A stretch of 61,697 nucleotides of DNA from an uncultured Peptococcaceae bacterium (GTDB lineage Bacteria; Bacillota; Desulfotomaculia; Desulfotomaculales; Desulfocucumaceae), in NCBI GenBank assembly GCA_958417755.1, contig CATZDY010000001.1, positions 1 to 61,697 on the forward strand, in the 5' to 3' direction. Below, one piece after another: positions 48,710 to 58,960 of the stretch (positions are counted from its first letter, which is position 1; the number at the start of each line of letters is the position of its first letter). The notes below the pieces were generated by a model. The model was not told where the DNA came from and did not search any database. It saw only the letters and a program-made list of their open reading frames with translations. A program made the position numbers and the translations under genes.

Positions 48710-50224
48710 ATGAGACGCAGGAGAAAACAGCGTAAAAGAATGATAACCATTGGTTTGGCTGTTGTGTTAGTGGCTGTGGCGTTGGTTGTATTTATCGGGA
48801 TGACCCAGGCTTCTGATCCCCAGCAAGTGCTAAATGGTGTGCATTTTATGGGGCAAGACTTGTCCGGCATGGACTGGGAAAAAGCCAAAGAAACCGTTTC
48901 ATCCCTAGGGGATGAGTACCTGGATACTCCTGTGGCAGTATCCTATCAGGATTCCAATTGGGAACTGGTTCCTAAGGCAGCGGGCATTGCATTGCAGGTG
49001 GATGCAGTGCTGAAAGAAATCGAAAAAGTGGGCCAGGAAGGATCCTTTTGGAAAAAGTGGCAGGATACCAGGCGCTTGCAACGGGAAGGGCTTGATGTTT
49101 CCCCTCAGTTTGCTGTGGATAAAGCAGTGTTTGCAGAGAAATTAGAAGCTCTAACAGCAGATATCATCACCCCTCCCAAGGATGCTTCTGTAACCATTAC
49201 AGCCAATGATAAGGTGGAGATAAACCCTGGTCAGGAAGGAATGAAGGTGGATCTAGATAAGGCTGAAAAAGATATACTTTCTTTGTTGGCTGATTATCAA
49301 ACAATCCCCAAATTAACCCTGACTTTGAGCAAAGTGCAACCGGAAATTACCTCAGATACCATTTTGGGTTACGGTTTGGATACTTTGTTGGGCTCTTATC
49401 GTACTAATTTTAATGCCAATGTAACGGATCGTTCTTTTAATATTCGGGTGGCTGCATCAGCACTGGATAATATATTTATAGCACCAGGGGAAAAAGTTTC
49501 CTTTAATGATGTGGTGGGTCCCAGGAGTTCGGAGGCAGGTTATAAAACAGCCAAAGTCATTGTAAACAATGAATTTGTAGACGGGCTGGGAGGTGGTGTT
49601 TGCCAAGTGAGCACCACATTATATAATGCTGTATTGCTTGCTGGCTTGGAAGTGGTAACCAGAAGCAATCATTCCCTGCCAGTAACCTATGTGCCAGCAG
49701 GGCGGGATGCAACAGTGTCCTATGATAGTCTTGATTTTGTATTTCGCAATAATACGGATAAATACCTTTATCTCAAGACATATGTAGAGGGGGGTACCTT
49801 GGGCATTAAAATTTTTGGCAATTCTGCTTACAAAAAGGATGTCAGACTTGAAACCAGTACAGCCCAAACCTATGATTATACAATCAAGGAAAAGGAAGAT
49901 CCGTCTTTGCCTGAAGGGGAAAAGAAAATTGAGAAAAAAGGTATCAAAGGATCCAAGGTGGTAGGAAAACGGATTTATACGGAAAATGGACAAACAAGGG
50001 AAGAAGCATTGCCAGTGAGTGTTTATAATGCCCAAGCGGAAGTGGTTTTGGTGGGTACCCAAAAGGCGGATGCTGAGCAAACGGAGACCAATGCAGAAGG
50101 ACAAACAAGCCCAAATACAACAACCCCAAATAGTGGCTCTCAAGCCAATGACAACACTTCTTCTTCCTCTGAAGGCAATGCCTCAGGAGATATAGGCGGA
50201 GGAATTATGCCACCGGGTATGTGA
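48710..50224 (+). CDS. VanW-family protein with N-terminal TM anchor, G5 domain and low-complexity tail
   Basis: VanW core GGGVCQVSTTLYNAVLLAGLEVV.RSNHS. G5-like segment KIEKKGIKGSKVVGKRIYTENGQ. GGGGAGGGG SD. Confidence 0.88.
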   Translation: MRRRRKQRKRMITIGLAVVLVAVALVVFIGMTQASDPQQVLNGVHFMGQDLSGMDWEKAKETVSSLGDEYLDTPVAVSYQDSNWELVPKAAGIALQVDAVLKEIEKVGQEGSFWKKWQDTRRLQREGLDVSPQFAVDKAVFAEKLEALTADIITPPKDASVTITANDKVEINPGQEGMKVDLDKAEKDILSLLADYQTIPKLTLTLSKVQPEITSDTILGYGLDTLLGSYRTNFNANVTDRSFNIRVAASALDNIFIAPGEKVSFNDVVGPRSSEAGYKTAKVIVNNEFVDGLGGGVCQVSTTLYNAVLLAGLEVVTRSNHSLPVTYVPAGRDATVSYDSLDFVFRNNTDKYLYLKTYVEGGTLGIKIFGNSAYKKDVRLETSTAQTYDYTIKEKEDPSLPEGEKKIEKKGIKGSKVVGKRIYTENGQTREEALPVSVYNAQAEVVLVGTQKADAEQTETNAEGQTSPNTTTPNSGSQANDNTSSSSEGNASGDIGGGIMPPGM

Positions 50225-50252
50225 TATGAAGCAGATTATTTATCATAAAAAA

Positions 50253-50289
50253 CAGATGCTTTCTAAATATAGAAAGCATCTGTTTTTTT
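50253..50289 (+). terminator. intrinsic terminator of the VanW gene
   Basis: CAGATGCTTTCTA/TAGAAAGCATCTG 13-bp stem followed by T7. Confidence 0.88.
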
Positions 50290-50852
50290 ATGCATTGTAA
50301 GGTTGAAAAAATTTCATAATCAAATATGTAAGCATCTGAGGTGCGAAAGTGGTTTTGCTGAGTATGTATATGCAGGGGACATAGATAGGTGAAGTATGAA
50401 AAGATATAATGCAAAAAAAGAAGAATGTTCTAAAACCAATTGACTTTAAGAGCTATCATCATAGTTTCGTATGAAAAATGCAAAAAAATCATGAAAAAGT
50501 ATTTTGATGCATATACATGAACATTAAAAGTAACAAATGAAAATAGGATAGAAATATTGTTCTATACTAGGCATAAAAATTTGGCTTATGTATAAACTTT
50601 GTCACTGGTTTTTTGGGGTGTTTTCTGATAAATATCCTGCAAACAAAGTCCATAGGGCTCACTTGAATTTGATTTTCAGCTTTTGAGAAATGGGTCAACT
50701 GCATTGGCATTGTTCAGCTGGTGCCTTGGTGCGCTTTGGAGCTAATGTTGTTGGGGGAATCAGGCAGTAAAATACATTTTTAATTCTATTTCCAGGGACA
50801 AATACATAATTTTAATTGTATCGGTATTGTTGGGAAAGGGGTGTAACAAGCC

Positions 50853-51593
50853 ATGAAAAAAATTGTCATTGCTGGACGTAATGACAGTGGAAAATCCACC
50901 ATAGTGGGTGAATTATATCGAGGCCTTAAATTAAGAGAATATCAGCCTTTGGTGGTGGGTTCCGGCATACAGGACGAAAAACCGTATTTGCATAAAGGTG
51001 TTGATTTGGCTTACTTAACCATTGCTACGCCAGGAGCAGGAATGGATGTGGTGGTAGACATTGAGCGGGTGATTTCTAATCATTTGAACCAGCTCAAAGA
51101 AAAAAATCGCTTGATTCAGCACGCCAAAAAGGCCTTGGATGAATTGAATAAGGTAAGATCTGTTTTAGAACTGGGTAATTTATCCCAAAGAGATATTCCT
51201 TCCATTTCAATGTTGCCGGATTTGGCTTTGATTGAGTCTGTGGGTATCAATGATGGATATAAGGCTCCGGAATGTCGGAAATTGGCTGATATTTTGATTA
51301 GTATAATCCCTGCTGGTATTAAAGGGGAAATTATCATGGAGCAGGGGAGTATTTTATTGGATGAAGCGGATATTCTGGTGGTGACAAAAATTGATGAAAC
51401 CCCCAGGGATATTGCCAGTACCAACATAAAAATGCTACAGCGCATTTACCGGCATAAAACCATTATTCCCGTGGTGGCTACCCAAGGCATTCATGTGGAA
51501 CGGGTGGTGGAGGAATTATTAAAATGCTTGAATGCTCCCCTTTCTATGTTGGAACATCAAGAAATGCGCCAAACGGAAAAAAGAAAAACATAA
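50853..51593 (+). CDS. orphan SIMIBI-class P-loop NTPase (G3E/DTBS-like signatures), family unassigned
   Basis: Walker A IAGRNDSGKST, Walker-B/switch-like LALIESVGINDG and an NKxD-like VVTKID. 246 aa. GGAAAGGGG SD before the ATG. Confidence 0.6.
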   Translation: MKKIVIAGRNDSGKSTIVGELYRGLKLREYQPLVVGSGIQDEKPYLHKGVDLAYLTIATPGAGMDVVVDIERVISNHLNQLKEKNRLIQHAKKALDELNKVRSVLELGNLSQRDIPSISMLPDLALIESVGINDGYKAPECRKLADILISIIPAGIKGEIIMEQGSILLDEADILVVTKIDETPRDIASTNIKMLQRIYRHKTIIPVVATQGIHVERVVEELLKCLNAPLSMLEHQEMRQTEKRKT

Positions 51594-51634
51594 TCATCCC
51601 TAAGGCTTAAAGACCAAGGGAAAAGGTAAGTTTT

Positions 51635-51709
51635 ATGATATCCTTAAAGGAACAAAAAAATATATATTACTATCCATATTGCTTAAAGCTTAAAAACAAA
51701 TGTTTTTAG
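51635..51709 (+). CDS. candidate 24-aa micro-ORF (MISLKEQKNIYYYPYCLKLKNKCF)
   Basis: A GAAAAGG SD-like element lies 8 nt upstream of ATG 51635. The ORF is open across a very AT-rich stretch, and its 3' end lies inside the terminator hairpin. There is no homology evidence. Confidence 0.2.
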   Translation: MISLKEQKNIYYYPYCLKLKNKCF

Positions 51710-51718
51710 GCTTTTTTA
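51686..51718 (+). terminator. terminator after the P-loop gene
   Basis: AAGCTTAAAAACA/TGTTTTTAGGCTT stem (one mismatch) followed by TTTTTATT. Confidence 0.65.
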
Positions 51719-51731
51719 TTGAAAAAATTGA

Positions 51732-52067
51732 ATGGAGCCTTTTTTGAGAAATATGCCAATCATAGCCATGGTTTCAGGGCTTAGACGGTTAAATATACCG
51801 GAAAGGCCTATCTTGGTGCTCTATGGGATTTGGATAAGCCTGCTGATTTGCGGATACTTGCCTTGGTTTACCTCCCCTGATGGTATGGAGAAAAGCAAGG
51901 TTTTTGTTGGTATTTTAACTTTGTGGTGCCCCTTGATGATGTTGATAAAATCATGGGCTTGCCGTCAACATGCTGATTTTCAGAAGTTTCCCTTACATGG
52001 TATTTTACGAAGCTTGTTAAAAATAGGTTATTATCCTATACTCCATACAAATGGTTTTCCTGCATAA
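51732..52067 (+). CDS. hypothetical two-TM membrane protein (weak call)
   Basis: 111-aa track ORF with two hydrophobic helices (ILVLYGIWISLLICGYLPWF and VFVGILTLWCPLMMLI). No convincing SD and no recognisable family. Confidence 0.3.
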   Translation: MEPFLRNMPIIAMVSGLRRLNIPERPILVLYGIWISLLICGYLPWFTSPDGMEKSKVFVGILTLWCPLMMLIKSWACRQHADFQKFPLHGILRSLLKIGYYPILHTNGFPA

Positions 52068-52170
52068 AGAATGAAATCAAGGGTTGTTTTAAAATAAATG
52101 AGTAATTTTGCTGATGCATTGGTCAATATGTGATAAAATAAGATAATTATTTTGTATAATTGGAGTTCTT

Positions 52171-53193
52171 ATGAGAAAAAAGAATAGACTTTCTTGTTTG
52201 GCCTTGGTTGTGATTATCTTGCTAGTAGGGGCCAGTGGCCTGGCCCTATATATAAAGTCTTTGTTTGGTCCAGTGAATCCCGGGGAATACACAAAGGAAA
52301 TTACGGTTCAAATTGCCAATCAAGCCACTGGAACGGAGATTAGTAAACAATTACATGAATTGGGATTAACCAAAAATGATTTGATTTTTGGGATATACAT
52401 ACGTTATAAAGGGATTGCCGGACAATTAAAGCCCGGAACCTATCAGTTGAATCCTGGACAATCTATGGCAGAAATCGCAAACACATTGGTGGAAGGGCCT
52501 AATGATAAGGTGTTTTTTACAGTGCCTGAAGGATATACCCTAGACCAATTGACTGATTTGTTGGTGCAAAAGGAATTGGTGGATCAACAGGCTTGGCAAC
52601 AATTATTAACCAAAGGCACCTTTGATTTTCCCTTTGTAGAGGATCTCCCCCTTGGGCCCCGCCGTTTGGAAGGATATTTGTTTCCAGATACATATCAGGT
52701 GAGCAAAGACACGACGGAACAGGAAATCATCCAGATGATGTTGGAACGTTTTGCGGAGATCAATGCTTCCATTGAGCCAGCAGGGATGATAAAGGATACC
52801 CGTTACACTTTGCAACAATTGGTAACAGTGGCCTCTATGGTGGAGCGGGAAGCTAAGAAGGATCAAGAGAGGCCTTTGATTGCCAGTGTGATTTACAATC
52901 GCTTGCACATAGGCATGAAATTACAAATTGATGCCACAGTACTCTATGCCTTGGGAGAACACAGGGAGAAACTGTATACCAGGGATTTACAAGTGGATTC
53001 TCCCTATAATACCTATCGATATGCTGGATTGCCCCCAGGTCCCATTGCTTTTCCTGGAAAGGCATCATTGGAGGCAGCTTTTCATCCAGCCAACACAGAT
53101 TACTTTTATTATGTGGCAAAGCCAGATGGAAGCCATGTATTTGCAAAAACTCTTGCAGAACATAATGCCAATGTGGCTAAGTATATTGATTAA
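52171..53193 (+). CDS. mltG: endolytic murein transglycosylase MltG (YceG-like)
   Basis: N-terminal TM segment, LysM-like lobe, VASMVEREA catalytic-Glu context and YNTYRYAGLPPGPI. Confidence 0.92.
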   Translation: MRKKNRLSCLALVVIILLVGASGLALYIKSLFGPVNPGEYTKEITVQIANQATGTEISKQLHELGLTKNDLIFGIYIRYKGIAGQLKPGTYQLNPGQSMAEIANTLVEGPNDKVFFTVPEGYTLDQLTDLLVQKELVDQQAWQQLLTKGTFDFPFVEDLPLGPRRLEGYLFPDTYQVSKDTTEQEIIQMMLERFAEINASIEPAGMIKDTRYTLQQLVTVASMVEREAKKDQERPLIASVIYNRLHIGMKLQIDATVLYALGEHREKLYTRDLQVDSPYNTYRYAGLPPGPIAFPGKASLEAAFHPANTDYFYYVAKPDGSHVFAKTLAEHNANVAKYID

Positions 53194-53236
53194 ATCAAGA
53201 GGTTATGATGGCAATTGAGGTTAAGGTGGGTGTATC

Positions 53237-54484
53237 ATGAAAAAATTGGAATTATTAGCGCCAGCAGGAGATATGGAGAAATTAAAAGCTGCTGTTGTCT
53301 ATGGAGCGGACGCTGTCTATTTGGGCGGTAAACAGTTTGGCCTGCGCATGGGGGCAACGAATTTCGATGAGGAGGAGTTGGAACAAGCAGTGGAATTCGC
53401 CCATTCCTGGGGCGTAAAAGTGTATGTGACAGTGAATATTTTTGCCCGTAATCGAGATTTGGGGGTTTTGCCACGATATCTACAATTGTTGCAGTATTTG
53501 GAAGTGGATGGTATTATTGTGGCTGATCCAGGGGTTTTTGCCATGGCCAGACGGGAAATACCTGATATGCCCATTCATGTGAGCACCCAGGCCAATATTA
53601 CCAATAAGGAAGCAGCAGCTTTTTGGGAAAAGCAAGGAGCAGATCGCCTGGTACTAGCCAGGGAGCTTTCTTTATGGGAGATGAGAGAAATTCGAGGAGC
53701 TGTATCCCTGGATTTAGAAGCCTTTGTTCATGGAGCCATGTGCATTTCCTATTCCGGAAGATGTTTGCTCAGTAGTTACATGGCTGGTCGGGATGCCAAT
53801 CAGGGGGATTGCGCCCAGCCCTGTCGTTGGCGTTATGTCTTGGAGGAAGAAAAACGGCCAGGGCAGTATTTTCCTGTGTATGAAGATGAACAAGGGACAT
53901 TTATCCTAAGCTCCAAAGATCTCTGTTTATTACATTATTTACCCGATTTAATCCGGGCCGGGGTAAGCAGCTTTAAAATTGAAGGACGGGTAAAAGGGGT
54001 GCATTATGTTGCTTCTGTGATCAAGGTTTTTCGGCAAGCCTTGGATCGTTATCTTGCCAATCCTACAAATTACACCGTGGATCCTGCATGGTGGGATGAA
54101 TTGGGCAAGGTAAGCAATCGGGAATATACCACAGGGTTTATACATGGACCAGTGGTAGAAATAGGCCAACGCAGTGTTGAAAAAATATATAACCGTCCCT
54201 ATGCCTTTGTGGGCATGGTTATGGATTATGATGTGCATACCTGCATGGCTAAGGTTCAGCAGCGCAATCATTTTAAGGTGGGAGAAACCTTGGAAATTGT
54301 GGAACCTTATGCCTCCAGAGAAGGGCGTTTTACCATAGAAACAATGTATGATGAAGAAAGAAAGCCTATTGATACGGCGCCTCATCCTTGTCAAACCGTG
54401 TGGTTGCCTGTGCCATATCCTGTGGCCCCTTATAGTCTTTTGCGGCGTAAGGAAGGGACAACGGAAATCGATGTACTGGAATAA
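53237..54484 (+). CDS. peptidase U32 family protein
   Basis: MKKLELLAPAGDMEKLKAAVVYGADAVYLGG and the E..ARELS signature. 415 aa. Confidence 0.9.
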   Translation: MKKLELLAPAGDMEKLKAAVVYGADAVYLGGKQFGLRMGATNFDEEELEQAVEFAHSWGVKVYVTVNIFARNRDLGVLPRYLQLLQYLEVDGIIVADPGVFAMARREIPDMPIHVSTQANITNKEAAAFWEKQGADRLVLARELSLWEMREIRGAVSLDLEAFVHGAMCISYSGRCLLSSYMAGRDANQGDCAQPCRWRYVLEEEKRPGQYFPVYEDEQGTFILSSKDLCLLHYLPDLIRAGVSSFKIEGRVKGVHYVASVIKVFRQALDRYLANPTNYTVDPAWWDELGKVSNREYTTGFIHGPVVEIGQRSVEKIYNRPYAFVGMVMDYDVHTCMAKVQQRNHFKVGETLEIVEPYASREGRFTIETMYDEERKPIDTAPHPCQTVWLPVPYPVAPYSLLRRKEGTTEIDVLE

Positions 54485-54539
54485 TAAAAGAAGTATAGGA
54501 TATTCCTTTCAGGGCTATGATCAAGATAGATGATGATGC

Positions 54540-56267
54540 TTGCTGGAAGGAATGGATGCAGTGGAGGCCCGTTTTACCAAAAGATTGATTTGGATTTTTT
54601 GCTTGCTATTGGCTTGCTTTTTATTATTGCAATGCCGCTTGGCTTTTTTACAATGCAAACAACATGAGCAATATGCAGTGCAAGTTTTGGCCCAAGAAAA
54701 TCAAAGCGTAGCGTTGGAAGATTTCCAGAGGGGGCAGTTATTGGACCGCCAGGGACATTCTTTAACCGGAACATACCAAGACAACCGGGTGGTGGTATTT
54801 CCTGCCTGTATCAACAGTATGGATGCAGTGAGCAAGGAATTGAGCCAAATTTTTGCAGTCAAGGGACAAGAAATCGAAAAAATGCTGTTAACCCAAAAAC
54901 CACAAATATTACCCTATCCTGTTTCAACAAAGCAAGCTTTAAGGATTACGCAGAAGAAATGGGCTGGGGTTTTGGTGGTTCCAGTAACATTTCGTTATGG
55001 ACCTAAACCTTTGGCCGCCCCAGTCATAGGGCATTTGGGACGGGTTGCGGATCAAGAGGAGGCCTCCTCCCTTTCTTCCATCATGCAACATTCCTATACC
55101 ACTGACGATTGGGTGGGACGGCAAGGACTGGAGAAATATTATGAAAAAGAATTAAAAGGCCAGATGCCCACAGCAGTGGCCAGATTGTTTCAGGATGCCA
55201 CGGGAAAAACATTGCCAGGATTTTTGCCAGAAGTGGATTGCTTTGCTTCTGATCCCCAACGCCATCATGTTATGACCACCTTGGATGGAGAGATACAAGC
55301 CAAGGTAGAAACAATAATGGATCGAAAGGTAAAAAAAGGGGCTGTGGTGGTGATGGACCTCCAAGGGGATCTTTTGGCCATGGCCTCCCGGCCTACCTAT
55401 CAACCAAATCCGGATAAAATACAAGATGCTTTGGCCCAAGAACAAGAGGATGTATTTTTGGATCAATGTACAGCTTTATTTCAACCTGGCTCTGTTTTTA
55501 AAATTGTAGTGGCTGCTGCAGCTTTAGAGGAAGGATTGGTGTCAGAGGATACCATGATGCATTGCGCTGGCCATGATGATCCCCTGATATCTTGCTGGTA
55601 TGCCCCTGGACATGGGGATATATCCTTTGCCCAAGCCTTTAGCAACTCTTGTAATCCTGCTTTTGCCCAGTTGGCCTTGCAATTGGGCCCCAAAAAGATC
55701 ATTGCCTATGCCCGTAAAATGGGCTTAGCAGACCAAACTGTGCGGGGATACCCTGTACCTATACAAAAACAACAGGATTTAAATTTGATTGCTGGTGCAT
55801 ATAATTTAGTGAATAGTGCAGTGGGGCAAGGCCCTGTTTTGGCCACCCCTGTACAAATTTCAGCCATGCTCAATACAGTGGTATGTGGCGGCATATACCG
55901 GCAACCCAGATTGGTTCAGGCTGTGCAAGGGGAAAAAGAAAAAAGAACCGTGACGCCGGATAAGGGAAAACGGGCCATCTCTACGGGAACAGCGGAAAGA
56001 CTGCGGCAATTGTTGCAAAAGGTAACTGTGGATGGTGTGGGGCAAGAGGCCTATGTTCCTGGGTTTGGCAGTGCGGGTAAAACCGGCTCAGCCCAGTTGG
56101 GAGGCGGAGTGGAGAGCACCAATGCTTGGTTTACCGGGTATGTGCCTGTGGAGAATCCCCAGTATATCATTACAGTCCTGGTACGGGATGGTGAAAGCGG
56201 GGGAGGTACAGCAGCACCTTTATTCCGGGAAATTGCTCAAGCCATATTACCCCCATCTGAGGGCTAA
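54540..56267 (+). CDS. class B penicillin-binding protein (transpeptidase; PbpI/SpoVD-like)
   Basis: TM anchor, SxxK (GSVFK), SxN (SNSCN) and KTG (AGKTGSA). The start is uncertain: TTG 54540 or ATG 54552. Confidence 0.88.
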   Translation: MLEGMDAVEARFTKRLIWIFCLLLACFLLLQCRLAFLQCKQHEQYAVQVLAQENQSVALEDFQRGQLLDRQGHSLTGTYQDNRVVVFPACINSMDAVSKELSQIFAVKGQEIEKMLLTQKPQILPYPVSTKQALRITQKKWAGVLVVPVTFRYGPKPLAAPVIGHLGRVADQEEASSLSSIMQHSYTTDDWVGRQGLEKYYEKELKGQMPTAVARLFQDATGKTLPGFLPEVDCFASDPQRHHVMTTLDGEIQAKVETIMDRKVKKGAVVVMDLQGDLLAMASRPTYQPNPDKIQDALAQEQEDVFLDQCTALFQPGSVFKIVVAAAALEEGLVSEDTMMHCAGHDDPLISCWYAPGHGDISFAQAFSNSCNPAFAQLALQLGPKKIIAYARKMGLADQTVRGYPVPIQKQQDLNLIAGAYNLVNSAVGQGPVLATPVQISAMLNTVVCGGIYRQPRLVQAVQGEKEKRTVTPDKGKRAISTGTAERLRQLLQKVTVDGVGQEAYVPGFGSAGKTGSAQLGGGVESTNAWFTGYVPVENPQYIITVLVRDGESGGGTAAPLFREIAQAILPPSEG

Positions 56268-56320
56268 AAAGAAAAAGCTTTGGCCTGTCAAAACAGCCAA
56301 GGTATACAAAAAGCGCCAGA

Positions 56321-56349
56321 TTGACGACCCCTTGGAAGTATAGTAAAAT
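56321..56349 (+). promoter_or_regulatory. sigma-A-type promoter of trxA
   Basis: TTGACG (56321-56326), 17-nt spacer, TAAAAT (56344-56349). Confidence 0.65.
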
Positions 56350-56464
56350 AATAGCGCATGGATGATGAAATAAAAATGAGATATGGAAAATAAAAAAAGC
56401 ATAGTTTTTATTTCATAGCACAATGATGGAAAGAAGGCTCAAAATTAGATAAGGAGAGATGCAT

Positions 56465-56785
56465 ATGGCATTGGAGTTAAGCGGTAGCAATTTTGATGCA
56501 GAAGTATTACAATCTGACATTCCTGTGGTAGTGGATTTTTGGGCTCCCTGGTGTGGTCCTTGCCGGAGTTTAGCCCCTATTTTGGAAGAGCTCTCAACTG
56601 AATATCAGGGCAAGGTAAAAATAGCCAAAGTGAATGTGGACAATAACCAGGAATTGGCCCAACGTTTTGGCGTGATGAGCATTCCTACCATGATTATGTT
56701 TAAAGGTGGCAAGCAGGTGGGGCAAACTGTTGGCTTGCTTCCCAAACCTACTTTGGTAACAAAACTGGATGAATTGTTGGCTTAA
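56465..56785 (+). CDS. trxA: thioredoxin
   Basis: VVDFWAPWCGPCR and SIPTMIMFKGG. The AAGGAG SD at 56451-56456 fits ATG 56465. Confidence 0.93.
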   Translation: MALELSGSNFDAEVLQSDIPVVVDFWAPWCGPCRSLAPILEELSTEYQGKVKIAKVNVDNNQELAQRFGVMSIPTMIMFKGGKQVGQTVGLLPKPTLVTKLDELLA

Positions 56786-56800
56786 TTGAAAAACAAAATC

Positions 56801-56840
56801 AAAGGGTATGAAAGGAATTTTCTTTCATACCCTTTTTGCT
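56801..56840. terminator. bidirectional terminator (trxA / yyaL-like)
   Basis: AAAGGGTATGAAAG/CTTTCATACCCTTT 14-bp perfect stem, T-rich on the + side and A-rich on the 5' side. Confidence 0.88.
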
Positions 56841-58904
56841 TTAAAGGGAAAACAATTGTTTTTCTATGACAGACAGATCATTGGTGGGTTGTTGGCAAGC
56901 TTTGTTTTGACAGAGATAAAAGGTGGTTTTGTTGTTTTTTACAGTCATGTCTTTGACAAAGGGCGCCAAGGTTGTCAAAGAATCAAAGGCAGGATCAGTG
57001 AACCGGTAGAGCAGGGTGGTGGATGGAGAAAACCTTTTGGTTATATTGTGCAACATGTGGTTCACTTGTTCTTTGGGGGCTGAGGATACGATGACCAGTT
57101 CTTGATTGGATGTAAGGGCAAAGTCCATGGCCATGAGCATATGGCAATGGGCTGTGGGATATTCTTGGATAAACGTAAAGAAGCTGGTGAAAATGGCCTC
57201 TCCCTTGGCGGTATAATCCGGGTTGCCTGTCAAACGGCCGAGGCGCAATACATTGAAAGCAGAAACAGAATTTCCCGAGGGCATGGCTCCATCGGCAATT
57301 TCCTTGGGGCGGGTCAATAAAGATTCCCCATCATTTCCGTTGAAAAAATAACCGCCTTGTTGCTGATCTGCAAAAAGCTGATCTTGTTCTTTCTGTAAAG
57401 CAAGGGCTTTTTCCAACCACTTAGGATTAAAATCTGCTTGATACAATTCCAATAAAGCCCAAATCACATAAGCATAATCATCCAAATAAGCAAGATATGC
57501 TGCTTGCTGGTCCCGAAAACGAGCCAAAAGACGGCCTTTGGCGGTTCTTAGGTTGGTCCAAATAAAATCCATGGCTTTGGTGGCCATTTGCAAATACATG
57601 GCTTTGCCCAAAATGGTATATCCTTTGGCCAAAGCAGCAATCATCAAGCCATTCCAGGCAGTTAATATTTTATCATCCGTATGGGGAGGCACTCTCTTTT
57701 CCCTGGCTTGCCATAACTTTTCCCTGGCCTCTTCCCACAACATCTCCTCCTCCGGGGTATTGATAGGGAGCCGCCCGTTTTGCTGCAAAAGGTTTAGCAC
57801 ATTGCGGCCTTCAAAATTGCCCTGTTCTGTGACCCCATACCATTGGCAAAATTGATTCCCCAGGTTTTCCCCTAAAACAGCCCGGACTTCTTGGGGAGTC
57901 CATACATAATACATGCCTTCTTCCCCTTGGGAATCCGCGTCCTGGGCAGAATAAAATCCTCCCTTTGGGTCAGTCATTTCCCGCTGAATATAGGTGAAAA
58001 TTTCTTCCGCAATACGGGCATAATCCTTTTTGCCAGTGGCTTGGTATGCTTCTAAATAGATGATGGACAAAAGGGCGTTGTCATAGAGCATTTTTTCAAA
58101 GTGAGGAATGAGCCAAGCTTTATCCGTGGCATAGCGGGAAAATCCATAACCCAGATGATCGTACATGCCCCCAGCATGCATACAGGTCAAGGTGTGTTCC
58201 ACCATGGCCAGGGCATCCTCTTGCCCGGTTCTTTTCCAATAACGCAATAGAAAGCCCAAGGTATGGGGACTGGGAAACTTGGGGGCCTTGCCAAAACCGC
58301 CGAATTGGGGGTCATATTTCTGTTTTAGCGTATGGTAAGCCTGTTCTAAGGGTTCTGCCTCCCAGGGCGCCTTGTTTCCTTTGGTGAAATAAGTTTGTAA
58401 AGCTGAGGTGATATGATTGCCTGTTTGCAAGAGTTTCTTTTTGTCAGTATGCCAAAGGGTGTGTAATTGATTTAAAACATCCATGAGCCCAGGTTGTCCA
58501 TATTGGCTGTATTTCGGGAAATAGGTACCTGCAAAAAAGGGCTTTTGTTCCGGGGTCATCACAATGGTTAAAGGCCAGCCTCCGCTACCAGTCATGGCCT
58601 GGCACACAGTCATATAGATTTGGTCCACATCCGGCCGTTCTTCCCGGTCCACTTTGATGGCAATATAATGGGCATTCAGCAAGCGCGCCACTTCTTCATC
58701 TTCAAAGGATTCCCGTTCCATGACATGACACCAATGACAAGTGGAATAGCCAATGGATAAGAAAATCGGTTTATCCTCTTTTTTGGCTTTTGTAAAGGCC
58801 TCTTCACCCCAAGGATACCAGGCCACAGGATTGTAGGCATGTTGTAACAGATAAGGGGATTTCTCACCCGCCAGTTTATTGGGTATGTTCGTTTGCTTGT
58901 TCAC
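56841..58904 (-). CDS. thioredoxin-domain (DUF255) plus six-hairpin-glycosidase-like protein, YyaL family
   Basis: [24 protein letters not shown] and [16 protein letters not shown]. About 690 aa. GTG 58904 is preferred because a GGTAGGTGA SD precedes it. The track start is 58943. Confidence 0.88.
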   Translation of the reverse strand: MNKQTNIPNKLAGEKSPYLLQHAYNPVAWYPWGEEAFTKAKKEDKPIFLSIGYSTCHWCHVMERESFEDEEVARLLNAHYIAIKVDREERPDVDQIYMTVCQAMTGSGGWPLTIVMTPEQKPFFAGTYFPKYSQYGQPGLMDVLNQLHTLWHTDKKKLLQTGNHITSALQTYFTKGNKAPWEAEPLEQAYHTLKQKYDPQFGGFGKAPKFPSPHTLGFLLRYWKRTGQEDALAMVEHTLTCMHAGGMYDHLGYGFSRYATDKAWLIPHFEKMLYDNALLSIIYLEAYQATGKKDYARIAEEIFTYIQREMTDPKGGFYSAQDADSQGEEGMYYVWTPQEVRAVLGENLGNQFCQWYGVTEQGNFEGRNVLNLLQQNGRLPINTPEEEMLWEEAREKLWQAREKRVPPHTDDKILTAWNGLMIAALAKGYTILGKAMYLQMATKAMDFIWTNLRTAKGRLLARFRDQQAAYLAYLDDYAYVIWALLELYQADFNPKWLEKALALQKEQDQLFADQQQGGYFFNGNDGESLLTRPKEIADGAMPSGNSVSAFNVLRLGRLTGNPDYTAKGEAIFTSFFTFIQEYPTAHCHMLMAMDFALTSNQELVIVSSAPKEQVNHMLHNITKRFSPSTTLLYRFTDPAFDSLTTLAPFVKDMTVKNNKTTFYLCQNKACQQPTNDLSVIEKQLFSL

Positions 58905-58925
58905 ATTATCACCTACCTTACACAT

Positions 58926-58960
58926 AACGGGGCATATTCTCATTGCAAATATGCCCCGTT
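58926..58960. other. 13-bp perfect hairpin 21 nt upstream of the yyaL-like start
   Basis: AACGGGGCATATT (58926-58938) / AATATGCCCCGTT (58948-58960) with a 9-nt loop. There is no U-tract in the minus-strand direction. Confidence 0.7.
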
